A stretch of DNA of 64,000 bases from Raillietiella orientalis (GCA_036172245.1 JAYWIR010000024.1:1054001-1118000), one strand, 5' to 3'; shown: positions 27,803-40,085, numbered from the stretch's first letter. Numbers and translations: made by a program. The notes: a model not told the origin generated them from the sequence alone.

Positions 27803-28432
27803 CGCGTTGGCGTCCGGTGTGTGGCTGCGGCTTCCGCGCGCGGTACCGAACGTCGCGGGTTCGAACCCCGCCTGGGGAAGAAGCGACGCCGAGAATGGAG
27901 GGTGCGTCGTGAGTTTCGAGTCCCCGCCTCTTCCCACGCAGGACGACGCTGGCTGACCTGTAGACTTTGGATATAGTACTGGTGGAAGCCAGATGCCCCC
28001 TATTACTGTCCAGGATGGGAAGTCGACCCTCTGGTGTCCTTCCAGGACATCAAGGAACCGGTCGGTTCCCTTCGGGGTTCCCCTCCTGTCGCGAAAGTAG
28101 AGCCGTGACATGGAGCCGGTTGACACCCCTCTTCCTGGTGGTCCCTCCCCAGGGTGTTGGAAGCGCGCTGCTCCCTTCAGGGAAAATTCGGAAGCGTCCC
28201 TTCGGGGTTCTCTACAGAGGAGGAAACGAGGAGCAGATTCTTTCCAGGAGGTCCTTCCGGAGCGAACCAGGGAGAGGGTTCCCTACCAAGCGTAAGAGGT
28301 ACAAACTCCCTCCTCCGGAGTCTTCCTGGATCCATAAGGTGGTCCCTACAGGGTTACCCCCTATAACTTGAAGAGCCACACGCACCCTCGGGTGTATCGT
28401 CGTGGGCAGTGTCAAAGAGCTTCGCGAGACCC
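27803..28432 (+). mobile_element. tRNA-derived SINE, copy D (near full length)
   Basis: Head cgcgttggcgtccggtgtgtggctgcgg...gggttcgaacccc; tail aacttgaagagccacacgcaccctcggg...cagtgtcaaagagcttcgcgagaccc. Confidence 0.9.
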
Positions 28433-28779
28433 CAGGTCAGCGATCCTTGAGGTGCTCAGCGAACCCAAAAAACACGTGATTCGAAGTGGGGAGCACCGCA
28501 AGCCGGTCGCCTTGACGCCGAGCGCGAAGCCTGGTGCCTGCGGTGAGAATCTCCTAGGCAGATACGCGGGTGCAGCATGGCTCTAAACCTGGGAAACGCG
28601 GACCGGCGAAGAAATCCGTGGGCCGTTCCCGTCGCCGCATGGGTCGTCGTCACTCCGGGAACGCAGTAGGTTTGTCTTCGCCGTCCGAGTTGCACGCTGC
28701 TCCAGCAGGCGCCGACGGCACGTCGTCGGGCCTGCCCAAGACCCGGGAAGATACAGCCTGACCAACCTGCTTAGCTGGG

Positions 28780-29050
28780 AGATGCTGGGAGTCTCCCTCT
28801 TCATCCAGAATCCCTCACGCATGTTCCCATCGCATCCGAGAGCTCATCTGTCTCGCTTGGCTTTCAAATCATCCTTTTCTCATCTGGGCACTCCCTTTAC
28901 CACAGAGGGCTTTGACCGTCCCCTTGGTTACCAGACGCGTTGCTCCACTTGCCTGATCCCCTGCCGTTCTGGGCTCGGTAGAGAATTAATCCGTCCACGG
29001 CGCATCGCGGGGGACGAGGATGGTCGCCTCATGCAGGCTGCAACTTGCAG
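28780..29050 (+). mobile_element. Possible decayed L1/Tx1-type RT C-terminal fragment
   Basis: SFSHLGTPF...SGLGRELI resembles (F/I)KYLG.P...LS..GR..LI. Confidence 0.3.
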
Positions 29051-29716
29051 AAGGCAGGAGTCCCACCCCTTTTATCCCCTCTCCCTCCTTGTTCCCTCTC
29101 CACACGTGCACACACTCTCAGAATCCACAACGGGCACCGGGAACTCCATACCCACCCCCGCACCCAAAACAAAAAACCGCCACTTCCGGGGGGTAAGCTG
29201 GTCATGCGTGCCCTGCCTCACTTCCACATCTCCAGGCGAGCGACTTCCGCATCAGCGGATTCTTCCCGTTTGCCTTTTAGAGCTCAGCTGCGGCAACCAT
29301 TTCGCAAATTGGGGATGCCGAGATCAATCACCGGCATCTTCCCGGCCTGGAACATTTGCTCACGGTCGATGTTGACGAGAGAGGCGTGGCAGCAGCACAG
29401 ACGCGTGAAACCGACAGAGACGCCCCCTGTTGAAATTCCGGGAGCGGCCGAGAGAAAATCCTGAGTAGCCGCGCCGAACCCACCGCCGCTGCTGTGCGTC
29501 TCCATTGCGTGGGCGTCGGGTCCAGGAGGCGAGGGAGGAGGAGCGGCGAAGAGTGAAACGGGAGCTGCCGCGAAACTTGGAACGAGGGGAGAGAGCGCTT
29601 CGCGTCTGGTGCGGGGCACGCCGAAGAGGGTGCCTCGTTGGGATGACCTCCTTCTTTAGGGTTTTCTTCTTTTGGGGGGATTCTGCAAGTGCTGAAAAAC
29701 CTCTCACCTCCTTAGA

Positions 29717-30503
29717 GGGGTCTCACGAAGCTCTTACACATCACCTACACCACATGAGGGTGCGTGTAGTCACTCTTCAAGTTATAGGAAGTAACCCCGT
29801 AAGGAGCATCCCATGAATCCGGAGGAAGGAGTCCGTTCCTCTCTTTGTATTGGGAGGGAACCCTGAAGAGAATCTCTTCCTTGTCCTCTCCGGAGGGACA
29901 CCCTGGAAAAGTCCACGCCGCCCGAGAGCACGTATCACCCCTTCAAGTTGGGAGGTAACCCTATGAAACCAGGAAGGCTCCGGAGGAGGGAGTTTGTACC
30001 TATTACGCTTGGTAGGGAACCCTCTTCCTGGTTCGCTCCGGAAGGACCTCCTGGAAAGAATCTGCTCCTCGTTTCCTCCTCTGTAGAGAACCCCGAAGGG
30101 ACGCTTCCGAATTTTCCCTGAAGGACTCTTCCCGAAGGGAGCAGCGCGCTTCCAACACCCTGGAGAGGCAATCCCCAATGGGGGTATCAACCAGCTCCAT
30201 AGCACGAGATGGAGGACGGCCCTGTTTCACAACTGGAGGGGGTTTCCGAAGGGAAGCAGTGCTCCTTGATTCTGAAGGACCCTAGAGGGTCAACATTATC
30301 TCGACCAACACAACAGTTATCTCGACCAGTCAACGAAAACATCCGACTTCCACCAATGACACATCCAAAGCCTACAGGTCAGCGTCATCCTGAGGAGGGG
30401 AGGGGGGCTTGAAACCCACGACGCACCCTCCATTCTCTGCGTCAGCTCTTCCCCGGACGGGGTTCGAACCCTCAACGCTCCGTGCCACGCGGCCGCCAAC
30501 GCG
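29717..30503 (-). mobile_element. tRNA-derived SINE, copy E, with duplicated 3' tail
   Basis: Head gcgcgttggcggccgcgtggc...gggttcgaacccc on the minus strand. The tail unit cttcaagtt..gtaaccc..ccggagga.ggagt occurs twice (~29776 and ~29941). Confidence 0.9.
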
Positions 30504-30949
30504 CGCACATGGCTCCGTGTTGCCCTTCGACCCCTTTGGGGAAGTTGGGAGCCGACCCTTAGAATGCCGGTGGGCGGTCCCAGGGACGTCACGAGGCGCC
30601 TCCTCGTGCGTGCTGCTGTGCAACGCGGGCTTCGCGGGTGCTGTCGTGGGAATGCGATCCTGGAGTCCGTCGCCTGAGCACTTCCTTGCGAACGCGTGTC
30701 GCAGGCGTCTCCTGCCTGGTCCTCGAGGTGTTTCAGGCTGAACGGTGTGTGGCACTTCCTCCGTTGCATCTCCGAAAGCTGGTGGAGCACATGGTTGAAG
30801 GCAGCACGTTTGACACAGAATGGCCAGCGGGATTCCAGGACAACAAATTAAATGGCAAAAGCAGGTGTTTCACGAAGGCAGGCTGCTCGTATGCTTCTGA
30901 AACTCCTTGTTCCTTCTTGAGTGACCAAAGGATTCAGCCTTTGCTTTTT

Positions 30950-32400
30950 GTGCCTGAGAAATGGGATTTCTGTTGTTTTCCTGATTTTCTCCGATCCAGC
31001 GATCATTCATTTTCGACGTCACCAATGACCATGGAGGGATCTAGAACTTATTCTTTCAAGAACTTCCAGTGTTTTTATCCTCAATGCGCTGTTTGTTTTC
31101 ATGCGAGGCTCTCCCTGTCGCTTGTCTCATGTTTGTGGTGTGGTCAATTGACCCGAGCGAAACTGCCGCGTGGTGTCTGCTGCCTTGTCTTGGACACTAC
31201 ACTTGGCACACAAGAAAGCGTAATATAAGCATATGGAGAACACAGCTGGTGGCTGCGCGTGCCTCACGATTGGTCTTCTTTGAGTCGAATGAATAGGTGA
31301 GATGAGTCCAATACGTGGCATACACTTGAGGCGGAGAGAAACAAATCAGGAAGAGAAAAGAATTTCAAGTTCCAGTTCTGTTCCACACTCGAGACTCTGG
31401 GAAACATCTGGAAAAAAAATTCGGGAAAGGAATGCCCACTGTTTCCACAGCATCCTCACCCTGGGGAGGTTCACCTTATCCAGAAACGTCGTGAAGAGGC
31501 GGTTGCAGAGGTACCAGGTTTACAGTGGAGTCGGGTTATTTCCTATGTACCAATATCGATGCTCTGCCGATTCTGGAACAGTATATCTAAACCACAAGTC
31601 CCCATCGCCTCGGGAGAACCATTGGTCCCACCTCCACATTAAAAAAAAGCTTGTGCGCATTTCTCAGGGATGTTAAAGGAACAGAGGTCCACCAGCTGCA
31701 GCTTCTTACTCAGTGTCACTTCAAGGCCATGTTTTGAGAGTGATTTTGCCACCGCTTTGGTGTCTCGTATGTTTTTTTCCCCAGCCTTCCATGCCAGAAT
31801 GCGCTTTGGAATCCCCGCTTTTCTGCTAGCTAGAATTAGAAACGACGTTATTGACCAATTCTATTACTGGTCAGGTCATCATAGAGCCTGTTGCTATCTC
31901 TTCCTCCGCGCTTCAAGCTATAGCGCCTTTTAAGTGTTCTCACTTTATCTCCTGAATCCATGGACGAGCCAATCCAAGGAAGAGAGAGCTACTTTTATCA
32001 GCTATCAAGCGCGCTTCAGAATCGCTACCACGGTGAAAGGGAGGCTGGACGCTCAAGAGCAGAGTGCGTTTACGGTTTCTACAGCGGTCTCCAGGGCTGT
32101 TTCACGAAGGGTGGAGCTGTAAACCTTCTCAAGAGCATTTATTAGCTACTCAGTCTCCTGTGAGCTAAGGCGCCTCGCCGGATTTGCAGTCCTTTCTGTC
32201 CAGATGTTCCAGGTTTAGGATGTGATACTTCTGCCTTGGCTTCCTCAAAAATCATATTCCCCGCAAATTCATCTTACAGATTACTAGTCAGAGGTACTGA
32301 AAACGAGAAAAAGTTTTGTTTTTCTTGGAATGAACTAGGACCCATTTAACATCTAACAATCCGTTGGTACCCTGAGAATGGTTAGGATTCGGGATTTTAG
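30950..32400 (-). mobile_element. Possible heavily decayed LINE RT
   Basis: Weak ordered remnants on the minus strand (KWVLVHSKK, GIPKRILAW). Confidence 0.25.
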
Positions 32401-35400
32401 AAATCACGACGTCCGACAGCTTTTCCCTGGAATCTCCATCTTTCCCCTTCTGATGTTGACCAACGCTGTGGGCTGCAGTGAGTTTACGCGACTTATCTCT
32501 TGACATTTGACTTCCTCGAACCCTTCCTCCTGCTTCTTGTGTTTTTCCTTTTCGCGCTGTAAGGTCTTTTACCGGTGGGGTCTGCAGCACCTCTGCTGGG
32601 TGCCAATCAATCCAATCAGCGTGGTTTTCAAAGAGCAACGGAATGGCAACCAGACCACAGTCAAGTCAGCGGAGAAAAAAGTTCTGCATTGGGAAAAGGC
32701 AGTCGTGAGGGAAAGGATAAAAAAGATTTTTAAGGATAGATTGGAAAGAAGGGGACGCAACTCTCCCCATTCTCACGAAATTCTGTACGAAGGGATTTGA
32801 AATGACCGCAGAGCTCGGAACCGGAAGCTCCTGCTTGGCAATCCGTGTTGCCCTGAGCGAGAACGACCAAATGAGAGGCGGCGTCCCAGGGTTTAACTGA
32901 GGGTCTCCACACCTCCACCACCTATTGGGAGTGTGAGGGTGCATCTGTAACACGATTCGAGACGTGGTGTGAATCTTCCCTCGTAATGGACTGTCGAATG
33001 CTCCGTCAATGTGGAGGGAGCCACATTCTAGCTAGGAGATGTAAGACCGATGCGTTCTCAAGTGACCTCCACTTTTCCCGGTTCCTCGTTTGCTTGAGTT
33101 GATTGCCGAGAGTATCCACCACATGACCCGTGATGACTCCTTCGTAAGGATCCGACTCGGAACGAGGCTTCCAGTGTGATCTTGGGCATCCACCCTTGCC
33201 CACCTTTCCCGGGATTTTCCGATTTCGGGAAGGCAGCAGAGATAGATCGAACCCGCTGAATTCCGGGAATCGAATTCCGACTCTTCGTCCAAAGTCCTTT
33301 CCACGAGCGGTCGCCTTCGCTGGGATTCTTCCGCGTTGTTTTGCCAGCACTGCCAAAACTTTGTTTGGAGGAAATCTCCACGGAAAGGCAGGCAGGAAGC
33401 TGCCTCATATGTTATGACTCTTATGTTTTGTTTTCGTTTTCTCCCATAAGACATATGGGAGAGAAAACGAAAAAAAAAAAAAAAAACGCTTGCCACGAGA
33501 TGAAAAAGAGAAAATATCTTTCTTCTCAACTCTATGCAAATGCAATTGTATTTGAAAGCAAGGTGCGGTAGGGAGGGGGAAAAAGTACACGAGTACTAAA
33601 TGTACACGAGCATGAAATTGGGAAAATTTTTTGTCACTTGCGCATGTCACGGTTTGTTTATTTGTGGAGAGTTAGCAAAGCTTCTCAAGAATCATCCTGC
33701 TGCCTGAATTCAACGAGATTTCCCTAGGGCGGCTCATAGAAACACACACTGCTGTCTTCATTTTCGCTCATTCGTTCAGATGCTGTTTTGAGCTCAAGTT
33801 GCCGAACGTGCTTCCTGCACCGAATGGGGTTATTCCTCGACAGCTTTTGGGTGGGGTATGAACTGAACCCAAACACTCGTTCTCTTTGCTTTATTATTAA
33901 TCAGCCATTGGAAACTTGCCGGTGTGATCCCCCACTCGAACTAATAATGATAATAATAATAATTGTTTGATGGTCAGCTGGATATCAGAATGCAGTACCA
34001 AGAAGATTTATCCTATGAAAGCATGATTAAAGCTTCCACTTGTGTAGGTACCTTTTTCAAATCAGGGAAGAACGTGAGTGGCTGGTGTGAAAGCTTCTTG
34101 TCGTCGCTTTTGATTTCAGTGGATAAGAGCTGAAACCACCGTGTCATCTCGAACACAGAAGCTGTCATCACCCCCGTTATCACGTGAACATATGGAATTA
34201 AAAAATCAGGGACTGTGACGGTTTTTCGAGCACTTTGGTGTAAGGTGTATTCGAAAGAGTACGTGCCTCATCGATTTATTCTTCCTCGTTCTTTCCCTCA
34301 TCATTTATTCACCATTCATCAATCACATTTCATGATCAGCTTACGAGATTAATGCTCCCCGTTTTTTGGTTCCTCCCCTTATGGAAATCCTTTTATTTCC
34401 GAGTACTGGGTTGTAGCGTCCAAGTCGACCAGCGCCAAGAAGAAGCGAACACCCTCAGCATCCATGAATGCTGGTGCTTTCCTTCTAACGGATTCACACT
34501 CTGAAGGTGTAAGCTGCCTTCTTCTATTTCTTGTACTCCGAATTCTGTTGTTTGATTTCCGCGGTTGCGGAAGCTCACTGATGCACCACCGTGTCGACCT
34601 CAGTGTTCTCCATCGAGATGAAAATCCTCGTCGCTGAAAGCATTTTGGGAGTCGCCACTGACCGAAACACAAACATGCGGTGCTCTATGCTGCCCATTCC
34701 TCCTCTTTCGTTCATGGGTGAATGATGATCACTGCTCGTAAAGCCAGTCATGGCACTCCTCTTACAGTGTCACGACTGGCTGCCTTCTTTCCAGGAGGAG
34801 ATATCATCTAAAATTCATTTGGAGCGTGAATTTATTTGATCAATCTATCAGAGCTAGTTCCAAATAATCGAATGTTCGGTTTAGATGAATCCCTCCACGG
34901 AAAATTTTCGATGTTGTTGAAACGAACGACCTTTCCATTAGGTCAACGAAACGATCGAGTTTGAGTGTTCTGATCACTTCTTCGAGGAGGCTTTCCCTTC
35001 ATCCCTGCTCGTATTTTTTTGTTCCGTCCCCTAGAATTTCCTCCCGCTTCCCTGTAAACAACCCCCCCCCCCACACACACACGCATACCACTACCACCAC
35101 CACCTTCCCATGTTCTGTTCTTGCGGGAAGTATTCAAATGTGAAAATGCCTGGCAACAAATGGGACGTCTGTTTGGCGTGGTTGACCTGACAGGATGTAC
35201 TTTTGCCTCCCGAGGCGCCTGCGTCTCTTTTTTGCTTTCGATTACTTTCCTTTTTCCCATCGACAAAACCCTTCCTGACGAGTGCACGCATCTCGGCATG
35301 TGGATGTACGAACGTCCACGGTTCGCAGGTACCACCGCAGGCGAAGCACGGCAATCTTCCTGTCTGGCGGGGAGCTAACAATTTTCCAATGGCAGTACTT

Positions 35401-36065
35401 TCCCGACTTTGGTAGCGACCCCAAGGACGTAACTGCGCTCTCTGAAAATCCAAAGGGTGGCGGAAAGTGGGCAAAGTGGGCATGCTCCTTCATGGGTATC
35501 GAAAAATCAAGATGGAGGACTTTTGCTGGTTTCCAAAAAGGATTGGAATAGGGAATCCGCTTCCTGTTTATCCTGCCTGGCGTTAGGAGCATAATTTCAA
35601 ATCAAAGGACAACTGGCCTCGCTTCCTTGGAATGCAATCCCTTGAAAATCATTTGGGAAAGAGCTAAAAGTAACTCAAGCTGACTTTGGTCTTCCCATTA
35701 AAGCACGAGGAGATTTGTGTGCCCGTTTGAAACGTCATTTGTAGACAACCCATGGGATAGTGAAATACGATGTGCTGCGTGTGCTATGTATACGACCACA
35801 ACACTGTACACTTCACGATAGCTCCCATCCCGGAGAACTTCTGTCCTGAACTCTCTCTTATCGGAATTTGAGAGTGTCAGGAACACCAGCGGCTCCTTCT
35901 TTGCTCCGTGTACTTCATACGGGAAGAGAACTAAAAGCGCGTTTGTCTGGAAACACGCATGTCTCACAGAGACGGCCAGCCCCGAACAAAGCGATGACGG
36001 TTCGAGTTGTTCATCCGACGTTCAACATAATAATCCTTTGATTTTTCTTTTCCTTTCTCTTCCAG

Positions 36066-36283
36066 GAACGAAGGTCCTCATTCCGACAGCTCCAAGGACC
36101 CAGTGATGTCGGGAAACCGGTGCTTCCAAAGCTTCCGAGAGAAACCGCAGACCTGGCTCAAAGAGCTCCTCTTGGAACCAATGCAAGTCGGTCAGACGGT
36201 TGACTTGTGCCTGCAATGACTGCTGCTTTGGTCGTCGAAACGTCACGAGAGAAAAGAGCGGTTCGTTCTCTCCATAAACAAGG
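36066..36283 (+). promoter_or_regulatory. 5' UTR portion of the first coding exon, containing uORF1 (36106-36219, 37 aa) and uORF2 (36216-36287, 23 aa)
   Basis: Strong acceptor tttttcttttcctttctcttccag|G ends at 36065. In-frame TAA at 36275 lies 9 nt before ATG 36284. uORFs read directly from the sequence. Confidence 0.75.
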
Positions 36284-36953
36284 ATGACAAGCTCGAGAAT
36301 AGCATGCTCCTTGATACTGTTTGTGTGCACGAACTTGTCCAGCGAAACGCAAAAACGGAAGACTGCATTCGTGGACGGAGACGTCATAATCGGCATTTTG
36401 TTTCCGGTCCACTACCAACCCAAAGAAAAAACCGCTCCTACCAGAACCTGCGGAGACATATGGGAGCAATATGGCATACAGAGAATCGAAGCTACCTTTC
36501 AGACTATTGAGACAATCAACAAGGACGATTCCCTGTTGCCTAATGTCACTCTCGGCGTGGAGATACGGGACTCTTGCTGGTACGCGCCTATTGCTCTTGA
36601 ACAGACCCTAGAGTTCATAAGGGACATGATATCTCAGACGAGTTATAATCTGTCAAAGAGTGAAAATGAGAGTGCGTACACCTACAAAAAGTCTTTGCTT
36701 CTTAAGCAAAGGAAGAACATAGTGGGCATCATTGGTCCGGCGTCCAGTTCCGTTGTCATTCAAGTGCAGAACCTTTTGCAATTGTTCAATGTCCCTCAGA
36801 TCGGATACAGTGCCACAAGCAAAGATCTTAGCCAAAAAACGAAGTTCGGTTACTTCCTGCGAGTCGTACCCTCTGATTACTACCAGGCTCAAGTTATAGT
36901 AGATTTCGTGAGAGCCCATAATTGGACCTACGTCTCTGCCGTCAGTACCAAAG
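36284..36953 (+). CDS. Group I (mGluR1/5-like) metabotropic glutamate receptor, first coding exon: signal peptide and Venus flytrap N-terminal part
   Basis: GDVIIGILFPVH, CG.IWEQYGIQRIEA, LLPNVTLGVEIRDSCW..IALEQ..EFIRD, GIIGPASSSV.IQVQNLLQLFN.PQI.YSATS.DLS.K..F.YFLRVVPSD..QA, HNWTYVSAV. The motifs are class C GPCR, and EQYGIQR plus IQVQNLLQLF mark group I. Donor AAG|GTAGGA, phase 1. Confidence 0.97.
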
Positions 36954-39093
36954 GTAGGATAAGTTTTGGTTTTCCTCTTCCATGCTTATTGAGAAGTAAT
37001 CCATGGATGGCAACCGCCCGCACAGTAGCTTAGGAGACATCCGTTGAATTGCTCGTAGAATTCGCGGAAGTAAAGAGATCCTGGATGAAGTCGCTGTCCA
37101 TCTCAAATCGCCACATGGAGACGTTCGGATCAGAAATGCTAAGAGTGCGTACGAGTTTCTATAGCCCGCACATCTCTTTCGTTCACGATTGACCTACGAC
37201 ATGATGCAGCGACCTATGATTTCATTAAACTTCAGAATCATTGGTTTGCGGAACCAATTTTCGCATTACCTCCGTAGGTAAAGCAGTGAGATGTGCTGAA
37301 CAAACACATAACGGCAATGGGCTGTACTTTTTTTTTTTTTTTTTTTCCCGACACAGAAATGACTCCTGTGTTTACCGTCGTTTTGAAAAACGACATCGGC
37401 AACTCAGAAACCTTTTGACCAGCTTTCCGGTTGCGACACCGAGTGATTTTCTCACCGCGGGCATCGTCCGAGCGCTTGGGTTACCCACGAGGAAGGTGTC
37501 GAAATTTTTCTTCCTTGGCTGTGGCTAGACACCAGGGTCAAACTGGAACACTCCCTCTATTCTCTCGTTTGCTTGAGGACTGCATGGAAACGGAGCCGTG
37601 AGGACCGTTGTGAAGTGAAAGATGAGCTAGCACACCACTATGTCTTGTGGATCCTTCCTGTTCTCACAGCGGTCTCAATTCTCCGCCATTTGTTCCCGAA
37701 GACAGAGATTTTATTAGTTGAATAACCTACGTCGATATTTTTAAAATTCCGTATCCTGGGATAATTGCGATCTCCTGATGGACTTTGATTGATTCCATGC
37801 GCACTTGAAAACGAGTGACATTTCAATGTGATGGTCATGACCCGTGCGCATTCCATAGGAGCTTTGTTTCATACCCAGGAGGGATCGGTGATCCCTCTGC
37901 TGGCCACGTTATTCATCCAGCCACCATCTTCGCTAGTTACGAACAAAAGTCTGACGGATTGGGCTACGGTGATTGGGTGTTTGGTTTCGATGGAAGCTGG
38001 TGGGCTCGTTTCCTCGGAATTTCCTGTCAACAAAGAAGTGGACCTTATTTCTGCTGCTGCCACCATCGACCTGACGGTGCGGAAGCGACCTCTTGGTCCT
38101 CCCGCTTTTGACAAACCTGACTTGTGATTCTCCCTGGCGGAAGAAGAATTCACAAGAAGGAAAAGACATGTTTTGGCTGCTGCACGCAACCCACCATCTT
38201 GTTTCCATCGATCTTCGCTTGTAATTTTCACCGGACTGCGAATCCAGTGGGAAGCTGACACAGAATCATCACTGCGTGATCGGTTTTTGCCATTCAGCGA
38301 GTGCCAACGGTGATCTGGAGTTGATGTATTTGCCGGTGAGCACCAGTGAGAACCCAAATCACCAAGGAGAATGTCTCGAAACGTTGGAGAACGAGCGGAG
38401 CTTTCAGAAGGCTTGAGATGAGAACTCGCGTCACGAAGCGCAGCTTCAAGCTTGGACGAGAGCTCACTTTTGAGCTGTTATTTTCTTTTTTTTGCCACCG
38501 AAAGGTAAGCCATTCTGAACGTGGATAAATTGAGGAGAAAAAAAAAAAAGAATGCCTTCCCTTCGATTGTGGAGGTAGTTTGAGGAAGGGGAGGGGGGTG
38601 TAGGGGGATGCAGCCTTTACTTTCCTGCGTCGAGTCGATTTCTCCATGTGGGGACGAAAAATCAGTTTAACTGGAAATCGGTAAAATCATAATGGAAGAC
38701 CTTCTCGTTCGATGCACGTGGGAAGTCCATCGTCGAGTCAAAAGGCCAACGGTTGTCGCAAGAAAGCGGAGCCTTTGAATGACCGCAAAGGTCGTTTGGA
38801 CTTGCGGAGTCGTGACCACTTTCGCAGACGGCTCGAAACTCCGTGGGGCATATGATCACTCCATGAGCAATCGCGGCACAAAACGGAAAACGCTTGCACC
38901 CCCAAAATGGCAGCTTTTAGTGGGACGCTGTTGTTTCCCTCTCTGCAGCAGCTCTCCTCTGCAGCCGAAGTTCTTGCCCTCGTGAGAACAAGAGGTATAT
39001 TCTGAGAGTAAATAAATATCGCCTTCAAATGAAGTATCGATCGAAAAGGAAGAGGAGGTCACACAATGCATTCGTTTTGCATTGCGCTTTGCC

Positions 39094-39136
39094 CCCTCTC
39101 CCCCCCTCCCCTGAGGAAGGGGAGGGGGGGAGAGGG
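39094..39136. repeat. Perfect 19-bp-arm pyrimidine/purine hairpin with 5-nt loop
   Basis: ccctctccccccctcccct-gagga-aggggagggggggagaggg. Confidence 0.85.
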
Positions 39137-39967
39137 TAAACTCTTATTCAAAATCCGCTTAGCTTTTCTGATTTAGACGCCTAAGCTTAAAATCGGAAAC
39201 GGCGTTAGTAACAACCTGTGCTTCTTTCATTATGCAACGACTCCTATAGTTTCCTAGCAACTCGGTAATTTCGCGAGCGCAGTATCGGGGTCGAAATGAT
39301 TTCAACTTTGACCTTTCTGCCACTCATATAGAAGTTTATGGAGATATTAGGTAGGGGGGAAGTGAGCACGACGATCCTATAGGGAATTTCCTAGGGCTGC
39401 AAAGAAATGAGAAAGGTATGCTTCGTTACTCGCGTTGCTGCTATGTAAACACACAAGGCCGCTGTCCTCAGGAAAATTAACGCACTCGGCCCCCCCACCC
39501 CCACCCCAGACGAGGCAAGAAACGAGGAAGGACTCCTAGGATGTTTGATCCATTGTACCATTCGATGTTTGTGGTTTCGTTTCCATCAAGGAAAGCACCG
39601 TAGTTTTGCTGGTGGCGATTTTCTGCACAACTTTCACTAGAAGGGAAGGTCATTCCAAGTGTCTTTGAGGTGTTCGTGCTGACAGATCCAGCAAGAAGTG
39701 GTTCGTCTCAGCGAAAGTTCATCGTCTGCGAGTATCAGGAGCGATTCTGCGAGCCTCGAGCTTCTAATATGACTCCCGACTGGCGATACCGTCATCACCA
39801 CTAAAGAAATAATATCGTGACCTCAACCTTGCAGCAATAGTTGGCGTTCCTACAAGTAATGGTGATCCGTAGCAACGCCAGCAGCCACATCGTGGCGCAT
39901 CTCATGCTCATTACTGCATTCAGATACTATGGTACGGTACATTACCGTGTTAGGATCATATGGGAAC

Positions 39968-40085
39968 ATGTTCCTCAGATCGGATGCAGTGCTACAGGCA
40001 AACGTCTTAGCCCCAAAACGAAGCTCGGTTATTTTCTGAGTGCACTTCCCTCCCAGGTTACTACCAAGCTCAAGTTATGGTGGGT
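39968..40085 (+). pseudogene. Decayed partial duplicate of mGluR exon 1 (copy of ~36789-36904)
   Basis: VPQIGCSATGKRLSPKTKLGYFL..LPS, frameshift, then YYQAQVMV, versus VPQIGYSATSKDLSQKTKFGYFLRVVPSDYYQAQVIV. 58/69 nt identical over the first 23 codons. Confidence 0.9.

Noticed and set aside
36954..37033. C-terminal extension of ORF 36284-37033 (RISFGFPLP...)
   Set aside because: Intron read-through past the donor at 36953/4; mGluR homology resumes at 61625.
38572..38590. gaggtagtt resembling the let-7 seed
   Set aside because: The rest of the let-7 mature sequence and hairpin is absent.
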